A DNA stretch of 62,920 nt, filler included, from Hausera hauseri (GCA_046269625.1; 9 parts of 9 records of this genome joined end to end with filler, not necessarily neighbours in it); one strand, 5' to 3'; counted from the first letter of the whole stretch, positions 13,073 through 25,921 are shown. Notes: generated by a model not told the origin, from the sequence alone. A program made the numbers and translations.

Positions 13073-13477
13073 TCATTCATCATCCCCCATTTTTCTTACG
13101 TTAGAGATTAAGGATACCGACACCATTTTGCCATATGCATTGTAAATGATCACTTTGTCATTTGTCGCATTGCACAGTGCACAAACTGAGCTGTCACGGT
13201 TGATAAAACTGTTTATGCACTCCTTATGTTTTTGGAAACAATTGTATATCTGCACTGAATATCCTGTTTTGCATGTTTCATTTAAATTGTCTATTTCACA
13301 TTTCCTCACAATGGTGCCATATTCATCGTAAACTGCAACAATGCTATCTTCCTTTCGACATAATTGGCATGACTGTTTTGTCCAATTGGTAAAGCAACTG
13401 AGGCAAAATCGATGGATGCGGCTGTTCATTCGGACAGTTGTTGATGTGGTTTCTTCGAAACAAATTGTACAGAACAT
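13073..13477 (-). CDS. Small intronless protein with two degenerate RING-like Cys/His units
   Basis: CTIC..HRFCLSC..W..CQLCR, then C..C..HKECI..CALC; each unit followed by a V(A/I)(V/I)Y-x-x-YG segment. Confidence 0.7.
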   Translation of the reverse strand: MFCTICFEETTSTTVRMNSRIHRFCLSCFTNWTKQSCQLCRKEDSIVAVYDEYGTIVRKCEIDNLNETCKTGYSVQIYNCFQKHKECINSFINRDSSVCALCNATNDKVIIYNAYGKMVSVSLISNVRKMGDDE

Positions 13478-13689
13478 TGTAAAATTTTCACAAAATGTAA
13501 ATATGTACTATGTTTTATATTTTTTGAGAACACAAGAAATAGAAATCAAGACACACATGTGCGTGAAGTCCGTCTTACCAATGTTTACCTGTTTGCTTGC
13601 GTGTGTAAAATATAAGTAATATTTAGCTAATATGAGTAATATGCATCTAATACACGGGGAGTATGAATGTGATATAGAAATTATAAAAC

Positions 13690-14200
13690 ACACAACATAT
13701 ATCTGAGCTATACATTTTCTCAGGTTACTTGCATTTTACATACATGCACATACACACCATATATCTTAATCATTCATTTTCCAAGTTACTCACATTTTAC
13801 ATGCACAGACATGCACCTACACACAGACACATCATATATATCTTAATCATTCATTTCTCAAGTTAATCACATTTTTACTCACATACCATATATCTTAATC
13901 ATTCATTTCTCAAATTACTTACATTTTGCAAGCACAGACATACACACACAGCATATATCAGAGCTATTAATTTTCTCAGGTTAGTTGCATTTTACATTCA
14001 TGCACACATCATATATGCTAATCATTCATTTCTCAAGATAATCACATTTTTACTCACACAAAAACACACACACACACCATATATCTTAGTCATTTATTTC
14101 TTAAGTTACTCGCATTCTACCTCACTCAAACATGAACACACGACATATATTTGAGCCATTCCTAGATTACTTACATGCGCAAACACATATCTGAGCTATA
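13690..14200. repeat. Diverged minisatellite (~55-65 bp unit)
   Basis: Repeated catatatcttaatcattcatttctcaagttactcacattttac + (ac)n. Confidence 0.85.
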
Positions 14201-14780
14201 TATTCCTCACATGTTCCCTCCATATTCCTTATCATCCTAGTATATTCCTTCGCTATTCCTCGTATATTCCCTTCTTATTTCATACAATCCTCCATAATCC
14301 TGATATATTCCTCTTTATATTCCTTATAATCATGATATATCCCCTCTCGATTCCTTCTTATCTTGGTATATTCCTTCTGTATTCCCTACTGTCTTCCATA
14401 ATCCTCATATATTGTCCATAACACTTATTATTCGCCATATTACTTATTATTCACCATATCCTCAATATATGGCATTATGTGGGAAATATGGAACATGATA
14501 TATGTAAATATAGGAAATATGTTGGGAAAATATGTGTAATACAAGTATTACATAGGATATATGTAATATGGGTAATATGTTGGAAATATTATCAAAATAT
14601 GTATGTAAATGTAGGTAATATGGATAAAATTTGGGCATCATGTATGTTATATAGGTGATTTATAGTTAACACAAAGAAAATATATTGTATTAGACGTAGA
14701 ACATGATTAGTATGGAAAATGACATAATAGGCATGGAATATGGTAAGGAAATATGATAAGGGAATATGAATGTGCAAAAG
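14200..14780. repeat. Low-complexity TATTCC tract followed by the complementary GGAAATAT tract
   Basis: Motif polarity flips near 14470. Confidence 0.6.
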
Positions 14781-16175
14781 TCGAGTTAATCCGCGAAATT
14801 CGGAAGTTTGTGACAAATTTAATATTGTGAATGTTGTTAGAAATCGGGTCTTTTGTATGTGTGTGTGTGTATGAATTTGTGTAAAGTAGATTTTTCTTTA
14901 TTTTCGTACTTTAAAATTTATTCGAATAGGATGTATATGGGCAAACAAATAGGATATATGGTCATTCGAATAGGATGTATATAGGCAAACAAATAGGATG
15001 AAAATTTTAATCTTCCTGATATAAAATCTGTAAAGCAATTTATTGAATCGATGCAGTAATGTAAATTATTACAAATATGTTTAATTTGGAAAACTCCATT
15101 ATTAAAAATATTTTGTTATTACATTTATCTCTACACATCTCTACATAGCCATATTACTTCCAAAATATCTGTATGTTACATGGCCCATATCACATATTGT
15201 CTTCATTTCACCCAAACACACGTATTTTACTTACTTTGCCTTATCATATTCCATAAATTTTATATTTTCTATGTGTTACCCATATCACATACATGTTCCC
15301 GTATTTTACTTATATATCATTCATAATTTTTACCTATATTCCCACTTATTTCCAGGGTTTTACCTGTATTTCCTTGATTTGGCCGCTATTTCCCCATATA
15401 TTTCATGGATATGATCCGTATTTACCAATTTCTGTATTTTATCCACATTTTACCTATTTAATGAGTTCAGTATTAGACGGATAAAATACACATCACTAGT
15501 ATTTACACATGAATGATGTGATATTTTAGTGATACATCTGTGAAAATGCATGAAATACATCCAAACCATACAACAAATTCATATGCACATCTATTGAGAA
15601 ATATATAAAGACATGTGAAAATAAAGGGAACATTAAAATAGCTCCTTCTCCAGATTGTCTAGCTTTGAATTTCGATTAAACGCATGTTTTTGGAATATTT
15701 CTTTAACTCTAAGACTGCTTTATTTATGATAAAAATGCATTCTATCAGTCAAAGACAGCCAGAGTTATTCCACCTCTGTTTTCTACATAGAGTTTATTGA
15801 ACAAGTTGATTGTAATTTATTTGTTGGATTCATGTGATGGTACTCAGTGATGGTACACTGACAAACCACTTATATGCAAATACATCATCTCTATTTTGCC
15901 AATATTTTACATGCGTGATGCTTATGTATATTACCCAAATGTCAATCATATTTGACCAATATTTCACTCATATTCTCTGCTTATCATCTTTATTTCATCC
16001 ATATTTATTAGCCATATTTTATATGCATTACCCATTTTCTATTCATATGTTGCCAGTATTGCTCACATAATAATATATTTTACCCTATTTATTTATATCT
16101 TATATTTTACCCATATTTCCTACACATTATCCATATTTTACCTATATGTTCTCCATAATTTACTATATTACCAAA

Positions 16176-16335
16176 ATATTAGCTGTATTTTACATAGATC
16201 ACTCATGTAACTTGCATATTAACTGTATTTTACATACATCACTCATGTAACTTGTATATTAGCTGTATTTTCCATATATCACTCATGTAACTTGTATATT
16301 AGCTGTATTTTCCATATATCACTCATGTAACTTGT
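16176..16335. repeat. 40-bp tandem repeat x4
   Basis: atattagctgtattttccatatatcactcatgtaacttgt with period 40 (16181, 16221, 16261, 16301). Confidence 0.92.
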
Positions 16336-16987
16336 TTATAACCTGCATTAAACTCATATTTCCAACATATTTTACCTTTTATACATCTTATTTTATGCTT
16401 ATTGCATCATATTCTATGCTTATTATGTTACATTTCACGTCGATTACATCATATAATCACACTATTTGTCCCCATCTAATCACACTATTTCGCCTATATA
16501 TTGTCCATGTTTTACCTTTAACAACGGCAGCCAAGTTTCTTTTTTTTCAATCAATATATTACTAAGGTTGAATTTCCTGTTTAACAAAGTAAAATGTATT
16601 CGTCTAATTATCACTAATTTCTTCATTCTATATTTATATTAGGTTTACACATGATTGATGACATGTTATGAGCCAAATATTAGATGAATATGTATTAGGT
16701 TCATAAACCGTAAAGAATGCACAATTAGTTAAATATTAGTTCATGCATAATATTTTCCAAATATGTTAATAAAAGTGTATAAAAATTGCGACATTTTTAT
16801 TTTCTTATACTTTTGTATTATATTACAGAACTCATTATATAGAAAGTAACAGTATAACAAGATTTCCTATCGAACAGCCTCTTATGCAGAAAGTACGCTG
16901 AACTATGTACCCAAACTTGCATAACTATAAAAATTCTGGAAATGCCACTGGACCAAAATATAATTTTAAAGAAATGAATTATCTGTA

Positions 16988-17087
16988 NNNNNNNNNNNNN
17001 NNNNNNNNNNNNNNNNNNNNNNNNNNNNNNNTTAATTAATTAANNNNNNNNNNNNNNNNNNNNNNNNNNNNNNNNNNNNNNNNNNNN
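16988..17087. other. Assembly spacer
   Basis: N44-TTAATTAATTAA-N44. Confidence 0.97.
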
Positions 17088-17845
17088 GCTAATCGCGAAG
17101 TATTCTGATACAAGACCGGAAGGTCTTGTATATAACGTTTTCCTTCGACATTAATCGGTACATCTCTTTTCACACATTAGTAGGTTAATAGGACTTCTCC
17201 CATGACTTCCGAAGATTCTTTCTCTCATTGGAATTGTCGGGAATGCTAATTCAGGATGCATTATCAAGATTGAAGCCTAAAAGTAGTGCTATTACTGCAA
17301 TGAAGAAAACTCAACTCGAAGAGTTAGTATACAGATAACGTGTCTTAACGTTGGACAAAGCAATTAAAATTTCGACAGAGTAGAAAAAGGATAGAGTCAT
17401 ACAGATTTTACTAAGAAAGACGTAATACCAAAATGACGCCAGCTTAAGAAACACTTGCAGAGACATGGACATAAATATTGTGTTTCGGGTGATAAGGATC
17501 ATGAATATATTTTATTTTACGAACGCAAAAGACGAAAATTGATACTAATCCCAAAAGGTTTACGAGCGGAAGTGTTGATGGCAAAACATGACTCATACTC
17601 AGCTTGACACATGCCTTGGAAGAAGACGCTAAAAATAATACTGAATAAATATTATTGGCACGGTATTTACATTGATGTGAAAATTGCGTAAGTACCTGTG
17701 AACTGTGCGCAACCAAACAGAAAAAGGTAAAAAAGATTACGTAGCTGGACTGAAACCAATAAACATACAAGATAGACCCATACAAGCTATATCAATGGAT
17801 ATTGTGTGACCACTGCCTATAACCCACAGAAATAACAAATATATT

Positions 17846-18601
17846 TTGACCAGTATTGATCGACTAACTCATTTCGTGGAGTTAATAGCACTAATTGACC
17901 TTGCAAAAGCCATATTAAGAAAAGTTTTCTGCAAGTATGGACCTCTCGATCAGTCCTTGACCGATCGAGGAAGAAACTTTACAAGTGAATTATTTAATAA
18001 GATTTCTAAAATCTTTGATATCGAACGGTTAACCACTACTGCATATCACTCGCAGTGTAACGGAATGGTTGAACGGATGAATACAACAGTTCTGAGAGTC
18101 TTGTCGACCGTAGTCGCGAAGGACCAAAAAGACTTGGACGAATTCTTAGAAGGAACACAATTTGAGATCAATTCTACCCCGCATCCCGCCACAGGATTTA
18201 CACCATTTTTTATGATGTATGGACGCGAAGCGATATTACCTACGGACTTAGGAATGATTCCGTATTACGCAAATCCAGAAGATTTAGAGCCAAACTTCGC
18301 AGAAGTCTTACAGACGAGATTACAAAATTGCTGGGATATAGCAAAAATGCTAACTCTCAAATATCAAGAGCAGTTTAAAAAACAATATGATAAGAAGGCC
18401 AAATCTCACGATTTAGAAAAAGGAAACTGGATCAATGTGCATTATCCAGTCGCACAGAAAGGTATATCATTAAAACTTACTCGTACCGGACGCGGGCCTT
18501 ACGAAATTATTCGAACCACACCAAACACAGTTTACATTAATAAAAATGGCAAAGAGGTAGTATCCATACAGAGAATCGTTAAGACAGAAATAAGACCATA
18601 A
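17846..18601 (+). pseudogene. Integrase core + GPY of B1
   Basis: IDRLTHF, TDRGRNFTS, TTAYHSQCNGMVERMN, GRGPY. Confidence 0.92.
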
Positions 18602-19985
18602 AAACGTTATAATTTGCGATCCAGCCAAAATCAAGACAAAAGAAAGACAAGGACATCCTCTGTAATCAATAGACCAATATCTTACGTACAGATAATCTTA
18701 GCATTATCGTTAATCGCTTATTATGTTCCCAAGACCCAAGCGCAATGGTGGGACGATAGTGAATCCAGTTTAACGGATATATATATGGAATTAGTAAAAA
18801 TGAAAGGGAAACTAAAATGAGAAAGGAACAGAAACATTTGGAAGGACAAAAAGATGTTGAAAACATAAAAACAATAAAAGCATATGACGCAGATTGGAAG
18901 AAACATGGCATTTGGTTCCAAATCAACAAGGCTATTAGAAAGTATATGAAAATTCGTATAAAGTGCACTGATCAAATTAGTAAAAGGATAAAGGATTGCG
19001 AGTTCGGATATGGAATCTACAGAAAATGTTGAGAACTGAACTTCAAACAAATATATAGACGTGTAGTACTCATGTATTATTACACCTACAAAGTCATTCG
19101 AGCAAACATACGACCATTAGTGGAAATAACTATGTCAAAACAAGCCTTAGCTGATAGCATAAAGTTATCTGACATAGTCCAAAGTACCGATCCTCAAATT
19201 AAGTTGTTAGACAAAAATATAGTTGAAGTTTCCAAGAATTTAAAAGTGCATGCATCCAGAAAAACCTAGAATAAGTTTATCTGAAGCCTACCAGATCTCG
19301 GTTCGATTTATACCATCTAAAAAAACAAATCCGCCGGCAGGATATTGCGCTGTCAGCCGACGGAACCCAGAACCGTACTGTAAAATACCCGAAGGGCCCA
19401 AATACGGAATACAATTCGACCTATATAAGGTCAGACCAAATCAGCCTAGCATATACCTAAGAGGATATCGTCTAGAAAGACAAAATTGGAAGATTCCAAT
19501 CAGTACGACGACAACGACTAGTACCATTACTAAAATCATCACAACGAGTACAAGACACGGAAGACAACCGGGGAGTATTCCTATTAAAAACAAGATATTC
19601 TTTGTCGAGGAAAGATTAAACTACGACATAGAAATATATTTTCGAACCTTATATGATAAACAAAAGGTAATACTTAAAAGGAATACACAACAGACAGAAT
19701 GTCATTCACTAAAATCTCAGACAGAATACATAATACAAATGAATTCAGCAGACAATTTCCTTACGCACGTTAATAGAAAATATTTACCCAGATTCGCAGA
19801 AAAATTGAGACGTAGAAGTTACAAGTACCGCATATATGACAACACAGAAACCAATTGAATTAACAGCGCTACCCATTTTATTAATTATCGGAGTGTCAGC
19901 GTTCGTCCTAATAATATTAATAGCGTCATTTTATGTAACTGCCAAAAATTGTAAAAAACAGCCAAAAATAAAGACGGAGAGATAA
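18602..19985 (+). pseudogene. Env-like type I membrane protein (frameshifted)
   Basis: Signal-like ISYVQIILALSLIAYYVPKTQA|QWW, Cys-containing ectodomain, Thr run, TM LPILLIIGVSAFVLIILIASFYV + basic tail; homolog in B2. Confidence 0.72.
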
Positions 19986-20015
19986 GCGTGGTATACCGAG
20001 TGCTTTATATGATAA

Positions 20016-20045
20016 AATAACCTGACAACTACAGATCGGGTTATT
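20016..20045 (+). promoter_or_regulatory. Conserved stem-loop between env-like ORF and accessory ORF
   Basis: AATAACCTGA-caactacaga-TCGGGTTATT; identical stem at 27795..27824 on minus strand. Confidence 0.65.
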
Positions 20046-20132
20046 CTATTATCAGACAGTGAAGATATTTCGTTTTGAAATACGAATCTGTCTAAGGAAT
20101 AACTTAAATTATTCTTATTTCAGATTAGTATT

Positions 20133-22384
20133 ATGACGAATCAAAAGGAAGGCCACGATCAGATCGACGTCGATGAATTTTTAAAGAGGGACGCAACAAT
20201 TATAACCCCAAATTCAAAAGCCATTTACCAACAAATCCACCTGGAATTACAGAATAAGAAATCGATTGAATATAATAAAGTGGATGAAATACCCAACAGT
20301 CTAAAAGGGATTATTGAAGAAAATCGAGTGCTGCGGTTATACGCAATGCGGAATAATGAAGACTCCCGAGCTTACAATTTAAGTAGCCTATTGACATTCG
20401 AACTAGAACATCACATTGACGTGTATATACATTTAGCAGAAGAAGTTTACTATAGACTGGCTGAAGAAAACTGGGATTCAAACAAAGGACGGCAATATAA
20501 GTTTAGTACTTTTAAGTTGCGTAGAGAGGTTATCCGAAAAAGAAGTGGAATTGAGAATAGCCGCCCTACCCGTAAAATTAATGATAGAAATCACCTGTGA
20601 GGAAATTCCAACTATACCCTTGCCTCCCTTGATATACCATCAATACCCGACGGAAGATCAAATAGACCAACATTTAGGGACGTATAAACTGGTACAAGAC
20701 GGACGGAACGGCGGTATAATTGCAAAAAACTACGGAGAAGGAGACGACGGAATTTCCATTCCCATTGAGGTCTCGATTAGAGACATGAACGTAGTAGAGG
20801 CTTACTGTAGCCTAATCATACCTCGGAAGAGAGTAAGTGAGACGTTTGCGGAAATAACGGGAATCAAAGAAAAGGATTTAATAGATGGAAAAGATGTAAA
20901 AATTGTAGAAATGGCGCTAAATCACTGCTTGTATTGATGTATGATTGCGGGATTTCAAACCCAGGAACAAATTAACAAACTGAAGATAAATTCTAAAATA
21001 TAGCATGAATACGAGAATTTTGGGCTTAACCTAAGATTAAAGAAAAGATGGATAATGTAAACCGACCAATCCCTATGACCATAGAAACACAATTTAAAGC
21101 GATGATAGAAATCATGAATGCAGCCCAATATAGAATTAATCGGCAGTTGTCTCCTGCCAAAAGAACCCAATATTTGCGTGATATTTACGCTATGATCAAA
21201 TGGGATCATGTATGGTCAGCATTAAGTCCCAAAAACAACCTGCAACGCATTACGAACCCACAAGAATTGAATTCTCGTCATCGCAAGCAATTTCACCCAT
21301 ATTCGCCAATACGAATTGTAGAACAAAAAAGGATAATAATATCCAAATTACAGTATCGAATGAAGAGGAGCTGATACAGCATAAATTAAGAAGAGTCACC
21401 TATGGATTCCAAACGCCAAAAGAGACCCAAAAAAGTGAAGAAAGCCGTTTAGGGACATCAACCAAAAAGCGCAAATTGAGGAACCCATCTTCCGAGAAGA
21501 AAACGAAATCAATATTCGGATTCCTAAAGAAAAAAGAAAAAGGATCATCTCAAATCAAACGAATCGAAAACATCCTACCGAAAGTATACCAAAGAAACTT
21601 ATGGAAGTGAATGTTCTTAGAAAGAGAAAAGAAGATAAGAAAATAACAGCGATAGCAAGTCTAGAAGATACGAAAGAATATCCTAGCATCCTAATAATGG
21701 CAGAATATGTAAGCCATGGGAAGATTAAAGAATCGGTATTTTATATCTACACAGTACCAGTGATAGAGATACATGAAAATGCCTATGTACGGATCGACCC
21801 AAAGCTAGGAAGATATTTAATACCGGTATTCAAGTCAAAAATAGGAACTAAGAAAATAACCGTGCCAGTCGACAACCAAACCAGAATAGAGATGAAAAAA
21901 CAATAAAAGAAAATGGGAGTCCCAGACTTAGATGCGCAACCCGTAATTGAATGGACCTTAATAGCTGTTAATGGAGACTTACGAAAAAGTTCGATAGATC
22001 CCGATCAAAAAACAACTACATGGATACCTATATAAGAATCCCAAAGGATTATTATTTCAAGAGATAACTTGGGTGACAGATTGCGATCTGGACAATGATA
22101 CCGGAAACTTTTGCCCCGTGTGCGAGGCTAACTTGTGGCAAGGCTATGTGATTTTAGCAAATAGGAATTGTAGACATCGTCATTGTCGAGACTGCTTGGA
22201 ACAATGGACATTAATTAATGGGAAAACGACATGTCCAGTATGTCGAGCAGAGGCATCTCAGTTAAAATATTTCTCACGTGGTGAAAATAATCGAGTAGTT
22301 GAGATAAAAGCACCTACTGCCTACTACTTGGAACAGAATTTCCAAACAAATACGCGAGTTAACACTGGACGATTCAAAAGATGA
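20133..22384 (+). pseudogene. Accessory ORF of family B: unknown domain, DEDDh-exonuclease-like domain, basic region, C3HC4 RING
   Basis: Six consecutive ORF pieces after a tttcag acceptor; EVSIRD..LIIP..EITGI..L..G; CPVC..CRHRHCRDC..W..CPVCR; N-terminal part conserved in B2. Confidence 0.7.
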
Positions 22385-22482
22385 TTTAAGAGAAAGGCTA
22401 AACGCATTACAACACCCAAATTATAGCGCCACCACTTCTGGTGCTTTAGGCACATCCGAGGGTGTCGCTCAGGGAGGAGAGA

Positions 22483-23227
22483 TGTTATGAAATAATATGA
22501 ATAATGTTCAACCAATTGCTGTACGTAGTAGTCAAATTTGTAACTAAATATTTCATTTAGTAGTATTGATTGGAATTTCAGTAGAAATTAGCAGTAGTCG
22601 AATCATGAAAAAAATAGACATTGACATTTAAAAATTATGAATAGTTAGAACTAATCATTAAGTGTGTCAGAAAATTAGAAAATAATTGGTTTGTGCGATA
22701 GAAAATCGACACTTACGTTGAACCAGCTTATATATAGAGCGAAGTTATACGGAAAGTCAGAAAAATTTTGTCTTCGAGTGTAGCGTCGATTTGAGAGGAA
22801 AGCCGAAACTAATCAGACAGTCTCTTATTGTGGAAACTATTCAAGGAAGTCGATATTGTAAATCAGTGAATCGAAGATAGTTATTAGACATTATCCTTAA
22901 ATTGGTGTTCGATATTATTCCTGGTAAATTTTGTGTTGAATATATATTGTTATTTTAAAATTAATTTCTCTCTATAGTTTCACATCGGCTCTTAAAGCTG
23001 ATTGGCGTCTCACTAAGTGCTAAAATATTACTTAACTTATATAGGCACCAGATTTGTTAACGTACGCACAGGACACAGCATTCGTTTACAAAACGCACGA
23101 AAAATCAACATACTAGGCACATTCGTTTAACGAGAACGTTAAACCGAATTTGCACATTAGTCGATTAAAATTTAAGAGTAACGTTATATATAAGGGGGAG
23201 TGATAAGGGCCACCCTAATATATGACA
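22483..23227 (+). repeat. 3' LTR of B1 (~745 bp)
   Basis: Follows PPT; TG..CA termini; shares blocks with 52972..53736. Confidence 0.85.
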
Positions 23228-24748
23228 CGATTATAGATATTGATAATACTAAAAGGGGGGTTGGAAGGCGGTGGACGTAAAGTGAAATTCGTTAAATTTG
23301 AGGAAATGCTATACGAATGGATCGATAAAGAACGCAAACAAAAGCATCGTGTTACTTGAAAGATAATTAAAATAAAGGCTCCCTAGATTTTTCGATTTGA
23401 GCGTGATGGTGGCGATGTTGTATTCGTGGCCAGGGAAGGATGGTTGTGGCGCTTTATGATGAGAAAAAAAACGAGCTTATGGAGGAAAACTACTGTTTGT
23501 CAAAAACCGCCTTGTAACTGTGTCCCTAAATTAGTGAATTTCGCATTGTTTGTTCGAAATTTAAGTATTTAGCGTAGTTATCCAGAAACATGATTTTTAC
23601 TTGCATAGAAACAGCGGTATGGTTAGATTGCTCAGGATTAACTACAGTGGAGTGCACGAGAAATTTTTATTAAAATCACCAGTCATGCTAAGGCGAAAAT
23701 CAGTGTCATGCTTTGTGCAAAAAGTGATGGAACAAAATCCCGACCTTTCGTTTTATAGGATAGGCAGCGTCAAATTAAACAATTGGAAAATTTTTGCTGA
23801 AGTCTCGAAATATGCTACGCTGGAAAAAGTTGGATGAACAACTACTTAGTTACTGAATTTTTGAAGAAAGTTATCGGTATACCATTATTCCACCGACGTG
23901 TTTTGGTGTGGGATAGTTTTCGTGCACATATCAGTGATGCAACTAAAGCCGAATGCAGAAAGCTAAAAATTGATTTGGCAATTATTCTGGGTGGGTGTAC
24001 ACAATATATACCTACTCCTGATTTTTTATAGAATAAGCCATTCAAAGCCAGGATCTGCGATTACTATGATGAATAAGTGGTAAATGGGTCAGAGGATTAC
24101 ACGAAAGGTGAAAACGTTAAAGTTCCATCATTTGAACTTAGATTAAAGATTCCTGGGAGTCACTCAGCAGAAATACGATCAGCGCGTCTTTCAAGCTCTG
24201 CGGAATTTCGAAAAGTGTGTATGGGAGTGAAAATGACCTGATCATATGTTTTAAAGAAGGAAAAGAATGCGAAAGCAGTCGAAAACTACTTCAAGAAAAG
24301 ATGAATATCAAAGAATATTATGAATCAGAAGAAGCTGATAATATTACTGAGATGACGGATGATACAGTGCTAGAACCCCTGGATGCTGATGAGGTTGAAT
24401 AAAAGACATCTATGGTTTTCTTTTTTTATATTATATATGTAAAATTTTTTCTTAGTTGTGAAAACTTTTCTAAATTACAAGTAGGACGTTTTGGTAAATT
24501 ACATAGGAAAGTTGTCATTATATTCTTGTAGGTATTTTGTTTTTAGCTTTTTATAAATTGCAAAATTTACCTTTAAATAGGTAACTAATTTCAAAAAGCT
24601 TCGTTAAAGGAACGCTTCCAATTCTGCTGAATCAATTTTAAAAGTATAAACGAAGTCTATCAAATAAGAGCACCCATCAAATTAAACGCACTCTTAACGA
24701 CATGTGTGAAAAAATAAACGCATTGTGCGTTTAATTGAGAGAATACTT
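23228..24748 (+). mobile_element. pogo/Tigger-like DNA transposon (CENP-B HTH + DDE), decayed, 5' end cut by LTR B1
   Basis: GGGRK..EEMLYEWI, GWLWRFM, VLVWDSFRAH, GGCTQYI..D..NKPFK; terminus gtgcgtttaattgagagaatac with subterminal taaacgca repeats. Confidence 0.85.
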
Positions 24749-24850
24749 GTTCAATCTTCACTAATTATTTCGGGAGAGGCTTCACTTAAATATTAATTAA
24801 TGGGGAGAACAAATTCGCGTATACCTTACTTAGGTGCAGTAAATGGGATT

Positions 24851-25475
24851 TGTAGAGACAGATCAGTCGAAACTTACCTACTTATTAGTAAGTAATGTGT
24901 GTGGGGCAGTGTCTTTACTTATTATTTAGTTACTAAGGTTTATTTACCTATTGATTTAGTTGAATTACTTTGGTGGTCGTCAGGTCGGGTTAACGTGGGC
25001 GACCAAAACTGCCAATTATTTATAAATTACTTGGTGATTTAACTACTTATAGGCCACAAGTAACTAAAGGAAAAATAAATATAATTGATATTCAAAATGA
25101 TAACAATAATACAAATATTGATAGTGAAAACGTAATCAAACACTTACACGAAGTCATAAATTGTCTTCAGTACGCATTCAAGATGTATTCCGTACGTATT
25201 CCCGTAAAATGTACACAATGTCTCCTTTTTATATACCTAGTATGATTGCAGACTTTGTTCACATTAATTCATAGTCTCAACGATAAAATTCATTAGGTAA
25301 CATAACAAATCACACATGCATAATAAAAATGTCAGTACATAATAAAAATGATAACTAAAAATTGTTAATGCTGTAAGATAATAGTAGATAACAGTTTGTT
25401 AAATTACAGTGCCAATTGTTACCATAAGTTACCATGATATTACAATTCACGATATACTGATGATTAAAATCTACA
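24851..25475 (-). repeat. Probable solo LTR
   Basis: TGTAGA..TCTACA inverted termini, TATATAAAAAGG on minus strand; no TSD found. Confidence 0.4.
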
Positions 25476-25921
25476 CAATATCCACATACTGTATATATTT
25501 TTCTAAGAAAAATAACGAGGTTACTTTAGATTTATTTTAATTAAAAAATGTCCCAAATTGTCTTATTCTGCTGTTGAACATACCCCGAATCTGACCGAAC
25601 CCTTACACAATCCTTACACCGAAGGGTAATAATTCTTACTTAAAAATGAACAACAAACATTTCCTTCAACAATTAAATTTATCTGAAAAAGTAAAAGTTT
25701 GATCCTACATCTGTTAGAGATGAAATTGGATTAAGATTAATAATGCAATTTAAAGATGTTAATGTTAAATTTCCTCACATTACGGAAAATGAAATATGTG
25801 AACAACTTGGAATGAGTGATAAAACTTTTAGAAGTTATATGCAAGATTTAGTAATTCCTTCTTTATATTGACAGAATACATGAAAAATATATTATGAACA
25901 TAAACACGAGTAGGAGAAATG

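Larger units (their letters stand above)
17300..23227 (+). mobile_element. Ty3/Gypsy family B copy B1, 3' half (integrase, env-like ORF, accessory ORF, PPT, 3' LTR)
   Basis: Integrase core, 3.8 kb of extra coding DNA, PPT agggaggagaga at 22471-22482, LTR TGTTAT..ATGACA. Confidence 0.9.

Noticed and set aside
13690-16335. CRISPR-like array
   Set aside because: Tandem diverged units without unique spacers; eukaryotic context, no cas genes
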